A stretch of DNA of 64,000 nucleotides from Polyangiaceae bacterium (GCA_033763455.1 JANRKO010000011.1:1-64000), one strand, 5' to 3'; positions 28,997 to 39,952 are shown, numbered from the stretch's first letter. Numbers and translations: made by a program. Notes: generated by a model from the sequence alone, not told the origin.

Positions 28997-29881
28997 GTGG
29001 CATTTGAGCTCAACCTCCGCGCTCCATTCGGCGAACAGCTCAGAGAGTTTTCTGAACTCAAAATTCGGCACGCAGCAAACCTACTCAGCCTCGCAAACGG
29101 AGATGCCGATGAGGCAGTGCACGATACTCGCAAGCTGATGAAGCGCCTTCGCGCGCTGCTCCGACTCATTCGCTCTACCCTCAGAAAGCAGCAGTTTCAG
29201 CTGCTCGACAGAGCGGCGGCAGACACCAGTCGATGTCTGAGCGGGCCGCGGGAAGCTAGAGCCACGCGGGACTGCCTAACCACAGTTGTGCCGGATCTGC
29301 TGCTCGTCCTGCCCCATGACACGGTCCACGGCCTGGGCCAATCTCTTGAGGACACGCTGCTCGAATCTGGTCTAGAAGACAAACTGGATGGGGCACGTGC
29401 GCAATTGGCTCACCTTGCGGAAGCCTTTGCAGACGTGGCCTGGGAAGCGGTTAGCCTAGAGCAAGCGCTCGACGGGCTGGCAATCACCTATAAGCGCGCG
29501 CGGCGGTCGCACCAAGCCTGCCATGGGAGCTCGCACGCAGAGGTATTTCACGATCTCAGAAAAGGAGTGAAACACCACACCCACCAACTCCAACTCTTCC
29601 GGGACCTTTGGCCAGCCTGGGTTGAGGCCCATGGGGAGACGGCCAGAACGTTGGGCGATCTGCTTGGGAGTGACCATGACCTTTCAGATCTCCAGTTGCG
29701 GATCAGTGACGGTCGCCTCGGGCTATCGCCACAAGAGCGCTTGGCTGTCGAGGGCGTCCTGCGCGCGCGGAGCCAACTGCTTCGAGCGGAGGCCTCCCCC
29801 CTGAGAGCACGGCTTTTCGCGGAATCAGCTCGAGCCTTTCGGAAACGCACAGGAGCTTACGCCCGGGCAGCGTCCACCTAA
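28997..29881 (+). CDS. CHAD domain protein
   Basis: EAVHDTRKLMKRLRALLRL, FHDLRKGVK, LGDLLGSDHDL. Confidence 0.9.
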   Translation: MAFELNLRAPFGEQLREFSELKIRHAANLLSLANGDADEAVHDTRKLMKRLRALLRLIRSTLRKQQFQLLDRAAADTSRCLSGPREARATRDCLTTVVPDLLLVLPHDTVHGLGQSLEDTLLESGLEDKLDGARAQLAHLAEAFADVAWEAVSLEQALDGLAITYKRARRSHQACHGSSHAEVFHDLRKGVKHHTHQLQLFRDLWPAWVEAHGETARTLGDLLGSDHDLSDLQLRISDGRLGLSPQERLAVEGVLRARSQLLRAEASPLRARLFAESARAFRKRTGAYARAAST

Positions 29882-29884
29882 GGT

Positions 29885-31204
29885 CTAAAGAGTAAGCCGG
29901 AACCCTCGAACGAACGCCCCGGGCAGACGCACCGAAGCGGTGGAACGCCCGCCGTACGTCTCATTCGAGAGGCGGAAAACCTGTTCTTGCGTCAAGCCCA
30001 CCAGGTTATCACCCAGAACCCGGAACAGAGACTCGTCGAAGCGCATCACATTCACCGCCGCCACTGGTTGGCCACCCTCCACCCACAAGGTCGCAAAGCG
30101 TGTCATGCCGGTAATGCGACCACTCGGGCGATCGGAATAGTTAAGGTAATGCAGGTTGTTGATGAAAAGCCCCGTACCTAAGTGCTCCGCCGCCTTGGCC
30201 GTCGGAATATCGCCCGCGGAAAGCTGGAGCGCTGAGGGGCTCTCGTGCTCCGAAGCACCGTTCGGGACAACTCCGTACTCCTGAGCGGAGCGCGGCGAGG
30301 TGAGCGCGCCCACGAGCTTTCCCTTTTCGATGAGAGGCACCTGTGGGGGTTTGATAAAGCCCGATGATTGAAAAGCGGGCCCGGCGCCGTGCTCCGTGTT
30401 TTCGATGAGGGTCACGTGTGAGTCCAAACTAACCCCTTCAGTGAGCATGCGCAGCAGCGGTGTTTGGCGAGTACGCTGGCTCTTCAGGCCAAAGCCGCCC
30501 CAACTGAGCAGACGCAGTATTTCATCTAGTGCGGCAGGGGCGAGGTACACATCGTAATCTCCTGCGGCAATCGTCTTCGCGGGCTGCTGCAGCAACTGTA
30601 AGTTTCCGCGAGCCGCTTGAACCACACCCAAAAAAGCCTGCGGATCCCAACGCTGACCTGCGTAGCCAGATTTTACTGCGCGATCGCTCCGTACGTACAC
30701 GCTGAAATCAAAGTTAAAGGTATGGCGAGAGAACCAATTGCGCTGCCCGAGCGAATTGGCAAACCCATGGCTCACCTCACCCGCGGCCAGAAGCCCCACT
30801 AAATCGAGCCCGCCCGCAGCTTGCACGATCTCAAGCGTAAGATCGGACCCTGCCGGAAAATCACGCTGCCCTTCCACGTTCGTGGAGAGCACCTCTTGAT
30901 TGTAGAGCAAATGAGGATCTTCGGGCAGAAACTGGAGCCGCTCCCGCAACCCTTCGAGGGCCTGCTCAACTTGGTCCGCCGTATCAGCCGAACGCGCCAA
31001 GCTGAGCTCTTGGCTTGCGTGCCGCTTACCGTCGATGAGCTCAAGCGTGAACGAATGCTGCTCCACGGTTCCCGGCTGACGCACCTTGCCGTGGTTGAAC
31101 CGAACAAACTCCGACACCTCGCCCACGTAATTGCCAAGCAGTACCTCTTGCCCACGCAGGCCTGCTACAGCTTTATCGAACAGCTCGAAAAACTGCCCCT
31201 TCAC
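29885..31204 (-). CDS. tldE: TldE/PmbA-family protein
   Basis: FVRFNHG, YDVYLAPAA, ITGMTR, VMRFDES; GTG overlaps the tldD stop. Confidence 0.85.
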   Translation of the reverse strand: MKGQFFELFDKAVAGLRGQEVLLGNYVGEVSEFVRFNHGKVRQPGTVEQHSFTLELIDGKRHASQELSLARSADTADQVEQALEGLRERLQFLPEDPHLLYNQEVLSTNVEGQRDFPAGSDLTLEIVQAAGGLDLVGLLAAGEVSHGFANSLGQRNWFSRHTFNFDFSVYVRSDRAVKSGYAGQRWDPQAFLGVVQAARGNLQLLQQPAKTIAAGDYDVYLAPAALDEILRLLSWGGFGLKSQRTRQTPLLRMLTEGVSLDSHVTLIENTEHGAGPAFQSSGFIKPPQVPLIEKGKLVGALTSPRSAQEYGVVPNGASEHESPSALQLSAGDIPTAKAAEHLGTGLFINNLHYLNYSDRPSGRITGMTRFATLWVEGGQPVAAVNVMRFDESLFRVLGDNLVGLTQEQVFRLSNETYGGRSTASVRLPGAFVRGFRLTL

Positions 31205-32646
31205 GCTGCGCCTCCGAACACGTCTACCGCTGTGAATCTGCAAGCGGGTGAAGCATGGCCTACGCGAATGGCCTGATTAGGCTCTCCCTTGCCGCAGTAA
31301 GGCGTTCCCAGGATTTCTCGGGTGGAAGCATCCCCTACGCCCGCTAGATTTCGCCAAAAAGTTGCAGAAATTCCACGATAATTGGGGTTTCGAACCACAT
31401 TCGTGAGCCGGCCATTCTCAATCAACCGGCCCCATTCACACCCGAACTGAAACTTATTGCGGGAATCATCGATCGACCACGAGCAATTAGCCTTGAGGAG
31501 AATGCCTTTTTCCACCGCGCTCGTGAGCTGCTCTAAGGATTGTTCTCCCACTTCAAGGTTGAGGTTGGCCATACGATCGATGGGAGGGCGATTCCAACTA
31601 CAGGCCCGAGCATTGGCTGTGCCCAGCATATTAGCGCGAGCCTGCGAAACGGCGCCGCCAAGCGGCCGCACAAGAATACCCTCACGGATCAAGTACTCCT
31701 TCTGTGCGCGGGTGCCGTCGTCGTCCACCGCATACGACGCCACTTCCGACTCGACTCCGGGATCAAAGCTCACGTTGAGCAGCGGCGAGCCATATTGGTA
31801 AGAGCCAAACATGTCCTGGGTTACGAAGCTCGTACCCGCGTAATTGCGTTCATCCCCCAAGATACGATCGAGCTCCAGTGGGTGGCCGATGCTCTCGTGG
31901 ATCTGCAAGATCATCTGATCGGGCATGAGCACCACGTCCATCGTTCCCGAAGGGCAATTCGGAGCCGCCAGAAGCTCCAAAACCTCTTCTTTCAGGCTGC
32001 AGGCACGCCCTACAAAATCGATCTGCTGCAAGACTTCGAGGCCTCCTTGGCGCATCCTATCCACCAGCCCCAGGCTACGTGTTTGCGTCAGCCCGTTTTC
32101 GTGCGCCACCACCCCTAGATCGGGAGCGATAAATTCGAATTCCTGCTCCACGCGGCCCCCATCGTTCGTAAGCTGCAGAGTTCGCTCCGACTGCCAGCTA
32201 ATGCCAGCTCGAGAATCCACAATCCGTGCGTCCCCTATCAGCGCGTCGTGCGCCCTTCGCACCCATTCAATCCGTTCCACGAGCGTCGTTTTGCTCCACG
32301 GCTGCTGCACAGAAGCACGGTATCGTTCTTGGACCATAGGTGTGTGGAAGGAACTCCAATCGAGTAGCGCCGCGCCCCGAGTTTTCCGGGCCCAATCACT
32401 GGCGACATCGATCGCACGCTTGATACCTGCAAGCGATAGATCACTTGTGGCCGCATACCCGTAACCCCCTTGATGCCGCACCGTTACCATACCTCCGCGC
32501 TCCACCCCGCGATTCATCGGTTCCAAAACGCCTTGCCGCATCTCCACGCTATCGCGCTCAGAATCCACAACACGGAGCGAAACGAAAGAAGCCTCGGCGC
32601 GGCTTGGCAACGCATCCAAGAAATTACGTTCGATGGTGGACCACAT
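31201..32646 (-). CDS. tldD: TldD-family metalloprotease
   Basis: HESIGHPLELDRILG, DDDG, PIDRMANL, CGKGEPNQ. Confidence 0.93.
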   Translation of the reverse strand: MWSTIERNFLDALPSRAEASFVSLRVVDSERDSVEMRQGVLEPMNRGVERGGMVTVRHQGGYGYAATSDLSLAGIKRAIDVASDWARKTRGAALLDWSSFHTPMVQERYRASVQQPWSKTTLVERIEWVRRAHDALIGDARIVDSRAGISWQSERTLQLTNDGGRVEQEFEFIAPDLGVVAHENGLTQTRSLGLVDRMRQGGLEVLQQIDFVGRACSLKEEVLELLAAPNCPSGTMDVVLMPDQMILQIHESIGHPLELDRILGDERNYAGTSFVTQDMFGSYQYGSPLLNVSFDPGVESEVASYAVDDDGTRAQKEYLIREGILVRPLGGAVSQARANMLGTANARACSWNRPPIDRMANLNLEVGEQSLEQLTSAVEKGILLKANCSWSIDDSRNKFQFGCEWGRLIENGRLTNVVRNPNYRGISATFWRNLAGVGDASTREILGTPYCGKGEPNQAIRVGHASPACRFTAVDVFGGAA

Positions 32647-32708
32647 GGGATTCAGGATAGCGGAGGGGCGCTTCGGCACCTAGAAGATCTTGCCGCCTTC
32701 GGGTTAAG

Positions 32709-33920
32709 GTGAAGCCCATGCTGAATTCCAGTCGACGCGTGCCCACTTATGGTTTCGGAGCGCTGCTCGGTTTCGTAGCTTGTGGTGGCGCCGGTGAGCG
32801 CACACCGCCCGTAACGCCCGCCCCTTCCGCCGTAGCCAGTGCGGACAAGGTTTCCTCGAATGCTGCAGCTTCTCCCAAGTTCGCAGTCTACGTCGGGTTG
32901 GGAGATTTCTCTGATGATCCGAAAGGCAGCGTGCGTGTCTACTCGTTCGACCAAGCAACCGCGGCTTTACAGCTGCAGCAAGATCTGAAAGTTGGTCACC
33001 TGGCGACGTACTTGGCGATCGCTCCCAACCAGCGCACCTTGTACCTGGCGGACGAGGCGACCCACCATCTTTACTGCTTTCGCATCGCGCCTAACAGCGG
33101 CACCTTGACGCCACTTTGCCGCGTCGATTGCCACGGGAACCCAGTGTACCTAACAGTAGACGCACCTGGGAAAACGTTGCTCACTACCTTCTACAATCAG
33201 GGCCAAACCCAAGCGTTTGCGCTCAACGAAGACGGCAGCATTGGTGCGGCCACCGATCTCGAAGCTTCAGGCCGGCGCTCCCACGCAGTCGTGCTCGACC
33301 GCGACAGCCACTTTGCATATGTGCCAGCTCTTGAGGACGACTGGATTGCGCAGTATCGCTTCGACTCGGAAAATCACCAATTAACGCCAAATCCAGACGC
33401 TCAGAACTTCGCCAATATTGGCCCCAAAGGCGCGGGCCCGCGCCACTTTCAATTCGATCCCCAAAATCGCTTCGGCTATCTTGTTAACGAGCTTGCGCTC
33501 AGTGTCAGCACATACGAGCTCGATCCAAAGACGGGCCTGCTAAGAGCAGCCCACCCTCCAACCTCAACACTCGAATCTTCCGCGGAGAAGCCACAGGATG
33601 CAGCTGCGGCTGATATTCACGTGCACCCTAATGGCCGCTTCTTGTACACCTCCAACCGCATGGGCGAGAAAAGCTCGATCTCGCTCTTTTCGCTGGCCCC
33701 AGAAACGGGCAAGCCAACGCTTGTTGCTGAAGAATCCACGCGTGGAAGCACACCTCGGAACTTCAAAGTGTCCCCGGATGGGCGACATCTGCTGGTCGCA
33801 AATCAAGATTCGAAGAATCTCGTGGCGTTCGCGCTGGACTCGAGTTCCGGCAAGCTCAGCTATCTGGCCACCACAGCGTTGCCGGAGAAGCCATATTTCG
33901 TGGGCTTTGGACGCTTTTGA
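32709..33920 (+). CDS. Lactonase family (6-phosphogluconolactonase-like) 7-bladed beta-propeller lipoprotein
   Basis: GAGPRH, YLVNEL, ADIHVHPNGRFLYTSNR, PRNF, LVANQDS; lipobox FVAC. Confidence 0.9.
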   Translation: MKPMLNSSRRVPTYGFGALLGFVACGGAGERTPPVTPAPSAVASADKVSSNAAASPKFAVYVGLGDFSDDPKGSVRVYSFDQATAALQLQQDLKVGHLATYLAIAPNQRTLYLADEATHHLYCFRIAPNSGTLTPLCRVDCHGNPVYLTVDAPGKTLLTTFYNQGQTQAFALNEDGSIGAATDLEASGRRSHAVVLDRDSHFAYVPALEDDWIAQYRFDSENHQLTPNPDAQNFANIGPKGAGPRHFQFDPQNRFGYLVNELALSVSTYELDPKTGLLRAAHPPTSTLESSAEKPQDAAAADIHVHPNGRFLYTSNRMGEKSSISLFSLAPETGKPTLVAEESTRGSTPRNFKVSPDGRHLLVANQDSKNLVAFALDSSSGKLSYLATTALPEKPYFVGFGRF

Positions 33921-34077
33921 AACATCTGCGAAGCATTGCTCAAGTGGCGGCTAATGCTAAGAACTTACGACGGCAGCGTAAGTTTCTGTTCGCTGGCCCA
34001 CTCCTGCCCCGAAAAGCCATGGGGTGGAGCCCGGCATTGCTGGCGAGCTCACTGATTTCATGGTGTAATCCGCGGCT

Positions 34078-35622
34078 ATGCATAGCGGCAGGCTGCGACT
34101 GATAGGTGCGGGGGCGTCTATTTTAAGCTCAGCTTTACTTGGCTGCGGCTCAACGAGTGAGCCCGTCTTCGGGTCGGGAACCGGCGGTACAGCGTCGGGT
34201 CCCTTCGGTACCTCAAGCGGGCCCACCACGACATCTACCAGCCCCTCCTCACCTTCCCCCGCGCTCACGCTCGATCCCAACGCTGGCACAGGCACAGGTG
34301 TCACGCCCGGAAGCGCGTGCGTAGGCACTACCACCAAGGCCGCACTCGTACCGCTCGATCTGCACTTCATGGTGGACATCTCCGCCTCCATGTTGCGCGA
34401 TACCTCAACTAAAGGCGTCACCAAGTGGGACGCTGTGCGCAATGCCCTAAAGGGCTTCGTGCAGGAGCCCGCCTCCGACGGCATTGGCGTTGGTCTATAG
34501 TATTTTCCTCACCACAAGCCCGACGTTCCGTTTGAGTGTTCATCCACGCCTGAGTGCGGCACCGGGGGCCCCTGCGTCCAGACAACTCCGGCTGGAGTGT
34601 GCGTACAGAACCGCGGGGGCACCGATCCCAACCGTACGCTCCGATTTTGCAGCGATACATCCGAGTGCTTGGGGGATGAAGGGTGTTACCCCTGGGGCAT
34701 ATGCGCCCAAGATGCGACGGCCGCGTGTCTCGGGCCCGGAACGGATGGCGGCGCGGGCTGCGGGGCCTGCCAAGCGCCAGTTCTCGGCTCGTGCCAAAAC
34801 AAGGCGATTTGCACGCAAGCCGAATATTCGACGCCCGCTGTTGGCATCTCGCCCTTGCCAGGAAACTTGGCTCCCGCACTCAGCTCGCTCACCGCTACCA
34901 ATCCACTGGCGCCTGGAGCTCCGCAGGAAACCAACAGTGGCGTTGCGCTGAGTGCCGCCCTGGAACATGCCCAGGCGTTTGCGAGCCAATCGCCCTCTCA
35001 CACAGTGGCAGTAGTGCTGGTAACGGACGGATTGCCCAACTTCTGTTTTCCGTTTGACATTGTAACCGGCCAAGATGTCAGCCGCGCGGTACAGGCGGTC
35101 GCTCAAACTGCCGCTACAGGCTATCAGAGCGCAGCCAAAATCCGCACGTTTGTTATCGGTGTGCTGGATGCACCGGATCCGGCCGATCCCGGAGCTGTGG
35201 ACGCAACTCCCCTAATGGACGCTATCGCCCAAAGTGGCGGAACAGGAAAAGCCTTCGTGCTCAACGCAGCGGGGGACGTGGGCTCCGGGTTCAGCCAAGC
35301 GCTTCAAGCCATCCGCGGCAGCGCCCTTTCTTGCGACTATCAGGTTCCGGCTCCTCCTGCTAACGAACAGCTGGATTACTTCAAGGTCAACGTCCAGTTC
35401 ACAGCGCAGGGGGCACCCCCTTCAACACTCTTGTACGTGCCAGGCCCGGATAAGTGCGACCCCAATCTCGGTGGCTGGTTCTACGATGTGAATCCCGCCG
35501 CAGGAGGCAAGCCCACCAAGATCAGCGTCTGCCCCCAGAATTGCTCCATGTTCCAAAGCGCCCAAAATGCGCAGGTAGACGTGCAGCTTGGGTGCGTCAC
35601 TCAAGTGGCGATCTTGCGCTGA
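34078..35622 (+). pseudogene. vWA-domain Cys-rich lipoprotein interrupted by one in-frame TAG (34498-34500)
   Basis: ORFs 34078..34500 and 34597..35622 share a frame; LLGC lipobox, DISASM MIDAS-like, TKWD, GIGVGL*YFP, VLVTDGLP, TFVIGV, IAQSGGT. Confidence 0.8.
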
Positions 35623-35737
35623 TTGCTAAGACCCTTTGGCCAACGTGGGTGATAGTTTATCTGCCAGGCGGATATTTTCACAATATCGGCTGCGCGAATA
35701 CTTTGCATTTACGTGCCACGCATGCGAAGCAACGCGA

Positions 35738-36886
35738 CTATTCAAGCGTTGAATTTTCAATCACCCGCTTCGTATCCTCGTGCATGGAGACGCCTGGCAA
35801 CGCGTACCAAGAGCCGCCGTGATTGTGAGTAATTACGGAATCTTTGATGGCCAAATTGCCGGAATGATCATTGCTCACGAAGAAGATGGCCGAGCCGTGT
35901 GCGTTTACCGTATTTTCTTCGATTCTGGTGCCACACAACGAAAGCGTCATCGTGTTGCCGTCACTATAAATGGCACCACCACTGCCCCCGCCCGGAGTTC
36001 CTGCCATGGCGGGATTGCCCCCGTTGCCCAAGGCTGAATTGTAAGAAAATAGGCTATTAATGATGGTCCAAGAGACACCAATGCTACTGACTCCTCCGCC
36101 ATTCGCGCCGCTGTTCCCGTAGCCTTCCGCGCCTCCAAATGTGGTGTTCACCACGTAAACCGGCAGACCATTGAATTGGCTCAGCGCGCGAACTCCGGCT
36201 CCGCCCACATCTGCCCCCTCACTCTGGCACACGTTGTTGAAGAAGCGCACATTAACGATCTTGAGCCGACCACCACGTACCCACACCGCGCCTCCGCCGT
36301 CGAACTCTTTCTCGCCGCGCGAATTGCCGTCAGCAAAAGTGATATTTTGCAACGTTAACTCAGGAGTTGCTTGGTTGTCGCAGTGGCTCGTGGTCCAATG
36401 CTGCTCTTTATCGCACGTGTTCATGTAAAGAATGCGATTCCTACCGCCACCGCTCAAGGTAACCTTGCCGCCCCCATCAATCACGACGCGGTCGCTCGCA
36501 TCATTGACCACCTTGGCTGGCTGATTTAGCGTGATCGTTACAGGCTCCTGCCCACAATTGAAGGTAACCATACCGCCGGCGGCAACCGCTGCAACTACGG
36601 CATCACCCGTGCAGCTCTCGGGCGCACCCGTGCCCACCACCGTCTTCGGCGCCGACACGTCTGCCGGAGCGGCTTCCGCGGGAATCGCACACTTTCCATC
36701 AGGGTTGCCTGCAGGCGGCCCCTTTGCAGGATTTTCTAAGGGGTTGATTACGTTCACGGGAGGGCCCATCACCGCTCCGCTCGCGGTACCCGAGCTTGCA
36801 TCAGAGCCACAGTGCGTGAGCGCAAGCGCTAGAAGCCAGGGCGCTAATGTTGGAGGACAGGCGAATTCTTGCTTGGCCTTCGGCAT
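35738..36886 (-). CDS. Secreted Gly/Asn-rich beta-helix (pectin-lyase-like fold) lipoprotein
   Basis: LTHC lipobox-like; VGTGAPESCT, IDGGGKVTLSGGG, GGGAVW, GGSGGAIY repeats. Confidence 0.7.
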   Translation of the reverse strand: MPKAKQEFACPPTLAPWLLALALTHCGSDASSGTASGAVMGPPVNVINPLENPAKGPPAGNPDGKCAIPAEAAPADVSAPKTVVGTGAPESCTGDAVVAAVAAGGMVTFNCGQEPVTITLNQPAKVVNDASDRVVIDGGGKVTLSGGGRNRILYMNTCDKEQHWTTSHCDNQATPELTLQNITFADGNSRGEKEFDGGGAVWVRGGRLKIVNVRFFNNVCQSEGADVGGAGVRALSQFNGLPVYVVNTTFGGAEGYGNSGANGGGVSSIGVSWTIINSLFSYNSALGNGGNPAMAGTPGGGSGGAIYSDGNTMTLSLCGTRIEENTVNAHGSAIFFVSNDHSGNLAIKDSVITHNHGGSWYALPGVSMHEDTKRVIENSTLE

Positions 36887-37060
36887 AGGGATCCACAAGG
36901 GTACCTCCGTGAGACTCAAGGCGTCTACGGACAAAGGCGTCCGCAAAGGCAACTCTATTGGCTCACGTCGTAAGATCGATCACGATTTCGTCGGCCACCC
37001 GATTGCGGTGGCCATGAAACACCCGAAAGAATAGGCTCCTGCCCTTCGGGCTGAGTACCT

Positions 37061-37828
37061 ATGACCACACCCAATACCGATCACTGGTGGCAAGCTTTCT
37101 ACTTGGGGCCGTTTCAAGAGCTGCAGCTAGGCGGCATCCACAATGATCGAGCTCCAGCTGAAGTAACGCTGCTGGAGCAAAACCTCAAACTTGAGCCGCA
37201 CCATCGGATCCTGGACGCTCCATGCGGCCAAGGCCGACACACGCTCGAACTCGCTCGGAGGGGCTACGCCGTTACACGTATCGACTTCAATCCAAACGTG
37301 TTGGCCCACGCGCAGGCCGTCGCCGAAAGCGAGGGGCTTCGTCCCAGATTTGACCAGCAAGACCTCCGTGCTCTGTCCTATGAGTCCGTGTTTGATCGCG
37401 TTTTGTGTCTATGGGGGAGCTTCGGGTACTTCAGCGATACGGAGAACCTTGCCCAGCTGCAAGGCATGGCTCGCGCACTCAAACCTGGTGGTGCACTGCA
37501 CCTCGAGACCTGGACTACGGAGGGCCTCTTCCCTCAGTTTCGTCCTCGCGATTGGAGCTGGGCGGAGGGACGCGGGCAACGTTACCGCTTGCTCGAAGAA
37601 CGAACGTTCGACATTGAGACATCACGAGCCAACGTTATCTGGACGTTCGTTTGCGAAGGCCGCAACGAGATCGTTTCCCACCGAACCTCTATTCGCGTTT
37701 ACAGCTATCGGGAGCTCTTGGAGCTCCTCCGAACAGCTGGATTTCAGCGCTTTGAGTCGTACGGAGGGGTTACAGGAAAGCCTTACCAGTTTGGCTCCGG
37801 GCGGCTCGGGATGGTAGCTTGGCTGTGA
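37061..37828 (+). CDS. Class I SAM-dependent methyltransferase
   Basis: ILDAPCGQGRH, DLRAL, FDRV..SFGYF, ALKPGG. Confidence 0.9.
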   Translation: MTTPNTDHWWQAFYLGPFQELQLGGIHNDRAPAEVTLLEQNLKLEPHHRILDAPCGQGRHTLELARRGYAVTRIDFNPNVLAHAQAVAESEGLRPRFDQQDLRALSYESVFDRVLCLWGSFGYFSDTENLAQLQGMARALKPGGALHLETWTTEGLFPQFRPRDWSWAEGRGQRYRLLEERTFDIETSRANVIWTFVCEGRNEIVSHRTSIRVYSYRELLELLRTAGFQRFESYGGVTGKPYQFGSGRLGMVAWL

Positions 37829-37877
37829 GAAAGCTTCCCTCGCGCCCCATGTCCAGACGATGTCCCACGGGGCCTCT

Positions 37878-38312
37878 CTATTCGATCAATGGATTGCTGG
37901 TTTTGAGACGCGGAAAGCGGCTGAAATCGCGGTCGATGGTGAGCAGCTCGTCCACCCCATGGATCAAACAACAACTCGCGATTCGGGCATCGTGGATCTT
38001 TGCCCCGCGAATGCTTCCAGCGCGGGCGAGATCCCCTAAGAGGGGTAGCATGGTGCCGTCATCACATAAGAGGCGCAAGCTCGGAGATTCTCGCCACGCG
38101 GAGATTTGGTTGAAGGCCTCTTCCGGCGTGGAGGGCACCCGCCATAAGCGCAGCGTCGTGACCACCCCATAAAACTCCACCAGTGAGTGCAGGCAAATGC
38201 CCCAGGGGATCACGCCTTCAGCCAGTTCTGAAAGGACCTTCTTCGCACGAAAATGCAACTCTGCGTCACGCCGATGCGCGTGGACGAGAAGGTTCGTGTC
38301 AACGGCGATCAC
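37878..38312 (-). CDS. vapC: VapC PIN-domain toxin
   Basis: IAVDTNLLVHA, EF, IHDARIA, LLTIDRDFSRF. Confidence 0.92.
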   Translation of the reverse strand: MIAVDTNLLVHAHRRDAELHFRAKKVLSELAEGVIPWGICLHSLVEFYGVVTTLRLWRVPSTPEEAFNQISAWRESPSLRLLCDDGTMLPLLGDLARAGSIRGAKIHDARIASCCLIHGVDELLTIDRDFSRFPRLKTSNPLIE

Positions 38313-38548
38313 AGGGAAGGTTCGCCTAACTCTTCAATCGCTCGATTGATAGCACCATTACCCACCGGTTCCTCCGATTCAGGCAAGTGCCCAGTGCTGG
38401 CATCGCGCAGCCGAAACCCACGCTGCGGAGGCGCTAAGAGTTGTTCTAGGGCATCAACAACCAGAGCGCGTAGGGTCATCTGGCGCTTGGCCAACGCGGG
38501 CTTTGCGCGCTCGAACAACGCGTCCGGTATATCTATGGTCGTTCTCAT
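38309..38548 (-). CDS. vapB: VapB-type antitoxin (RHH-like N-terminus)
   Basis: MRTTIDIPDALFERAK..TLRALVVDAL; stop overlaps the vapC GTG start. Confidence 0.88.
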   Translation of the reverse strand: MRTTIDIPDALFERAKPALAKRQMTLRALVVDALEQLLAPPQRGFRLRDASTGHLPESEEPVGNGAINRAIEELGEPSL

Positions 38549-38584
38549 ATGCCTAAGCATACCATCCATGCATAGATATGCATT
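38549..38584 (-). promoter_or_regulatory. vapBC promoter/operator with two palindromes, probably leaderless
   Basis: ATGCCTAAGCAT and ATGCATA-GA-TATGCAT; minus-strand TGG-TATGCT lies 7 nt before the ATG; no SD. Confidence 0.6.
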
Positions 38585-38869
38585 CTATAATATCCCAGTA
38601 ATTTCAAGACATTCCGCTCAGCAGCTCACGAGCAGGCGCCAGGGCTTCGTCGTTTAGGTCGTTCCCCATTGCCTGAAGTGTCGTGACTGAACGGCAAGGC
38701 ACCTCGGAAATGGACGCACTCCTTGCGTTTGGATAAGGCGGACTTTGTGAAGTGTTTAGAGCCGCGACTTCCCTAGCCGTACAACGGCGGCACGGCACCC
38801 AAGCAGGTCACCTTCACTAGCTAACCTCATCTATCAAACCTCTCAATATCGCCTGAAATCATCCGTCGC

Positions 38870-39952
38870 TTGAAACACCCGCGCCCTTGGGCCACGCTTC
38901 CGCGCATGCTCCCTGGCTCCTTGCATGCACTCAAGGCTGCAATTCCGAGGTCCCTCCTCGAGCGTTCGGAGGTCCGCGCTTGGGTCACGTTCGCGCGTTC
39001 GTTGGCGCTCGTGTGCATCAGTACGCTCTTGCTCATCGCTTGGAATCGTGCACCCATCCAGCGCGAGCTGGGTGCCTTGGGCTGGCCAGTCTGGGTTTTG
39101 GGGTGGCTTGGTTGCGGAGTCTGTTGGGCGGGGCTCTTTGTTCTCGGGCACGAGTGCGGGCATGGCTCGTTTTCCAAACATCAACGCATCAACTCGATAG
39201 TGGGCGCGCTGTGTTTGCTGCCAAGCTTCACTGGCTTTCACACTTGGCGCACCTCCCACGCTCTTCATCATTCCCAGGTAGCGAATCGGGGCTTAGATCC
39301 AGATTGGACGCAAGAATTTCTTACACGGGAGGAGCTCAATGGGGTTAGCCTGACTCGAAAGCTCCGTTGGGCGCTGGGGCTGCGCACTCCGCTCGGCATC
39401 CTTCTTGGGTTCTGGGTGGGCATTGCGAAGCGCCGCTTGGATTGCTATTTTCCGGCTAGCACGGTCCCTTCTGGAACTCGACGGAAGCTGCAGTTCGAGG
39501 CGTTTTTGAGCCTTGCGCATCTCGCTCTTCTACTCGCCCTCGGCCGCGTTTTCGGATTTACAACGCTGCTTCAGGTCCATCTCATCCCCATGTTAGTTTC
39601 AGCGGCTAGTGGCGCACTGCTCACGCTTTTGCACCATAGTAGGGCCGGCGCCAAAGTCTGGGAACGGGACAATTGGAGCAGGCTGCAGGGAATTCTGGAG
39701 GCGACTTACGATGTTCGCCTACCCCGCGTACTCGAATGGGTGTGGCTTAACGTTAATCTGCATGTGCCTCACCACATCAACGCCTCTATACCCTGGTATC
39801 ACCTTCCCCAGGCAAGTGCTGCCCTTCGGCAGGCGTATCCTGGCCTTGCCCCGAGCGAACCTTTTTCGCTTCAACTCTTGTGGACCCTTTGGAAAAATCC
39901 CACGCTCCATCGAGACGGGCAGGCGCTTGTAGTTGGAGTTCATGGCGGATGA
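38870..39952 (+). CDS. Membrane fatty acid desaturase (delta-12/omega-6-like)
   Basis: Three His boxes HECGH, HALHH, HVPHH; AAIP and IPWYHL motifs; start may be ATG 38906. Confidence 0.92.
   Translation: MKHPRPWATLPRMLPGSLHALKAAIPRSLLERSEVRAWVTFARSLALVCISTLLLIAWNRAPIQRELGALGWPVWVLGWLGCGVCWAGLFVLGHECGHGSFSKHQRINSIVGALCLLPSFTGFHTWRTSHALHHSQVANRGLDPDWTQEFLTREELNGVSLTRKLRWALGLRTPLGILLGFWVGIAKRRLDCYFPASTVPSGTRRKLQFEAFLSLAHLALLLALGRVFGFTTLLQVHLIPMLVSAASGALLTLLHHSRAGAKVWERDNWSRLQGILEATYDVRLPRVLEWVWLNVNLHVPHHINASIPWYHLPQASAALRQAYPGLAPSEPFSLQLLWTLWKNPTLHRDGQALVVGVHGG

Noticed and set aside
29885..32646. RiPP cluster around tldD/tldE
   Set aside because: No precursor peptide, YcaO or other modification enzyme nearby; looks like a stand-alone TldDE pair
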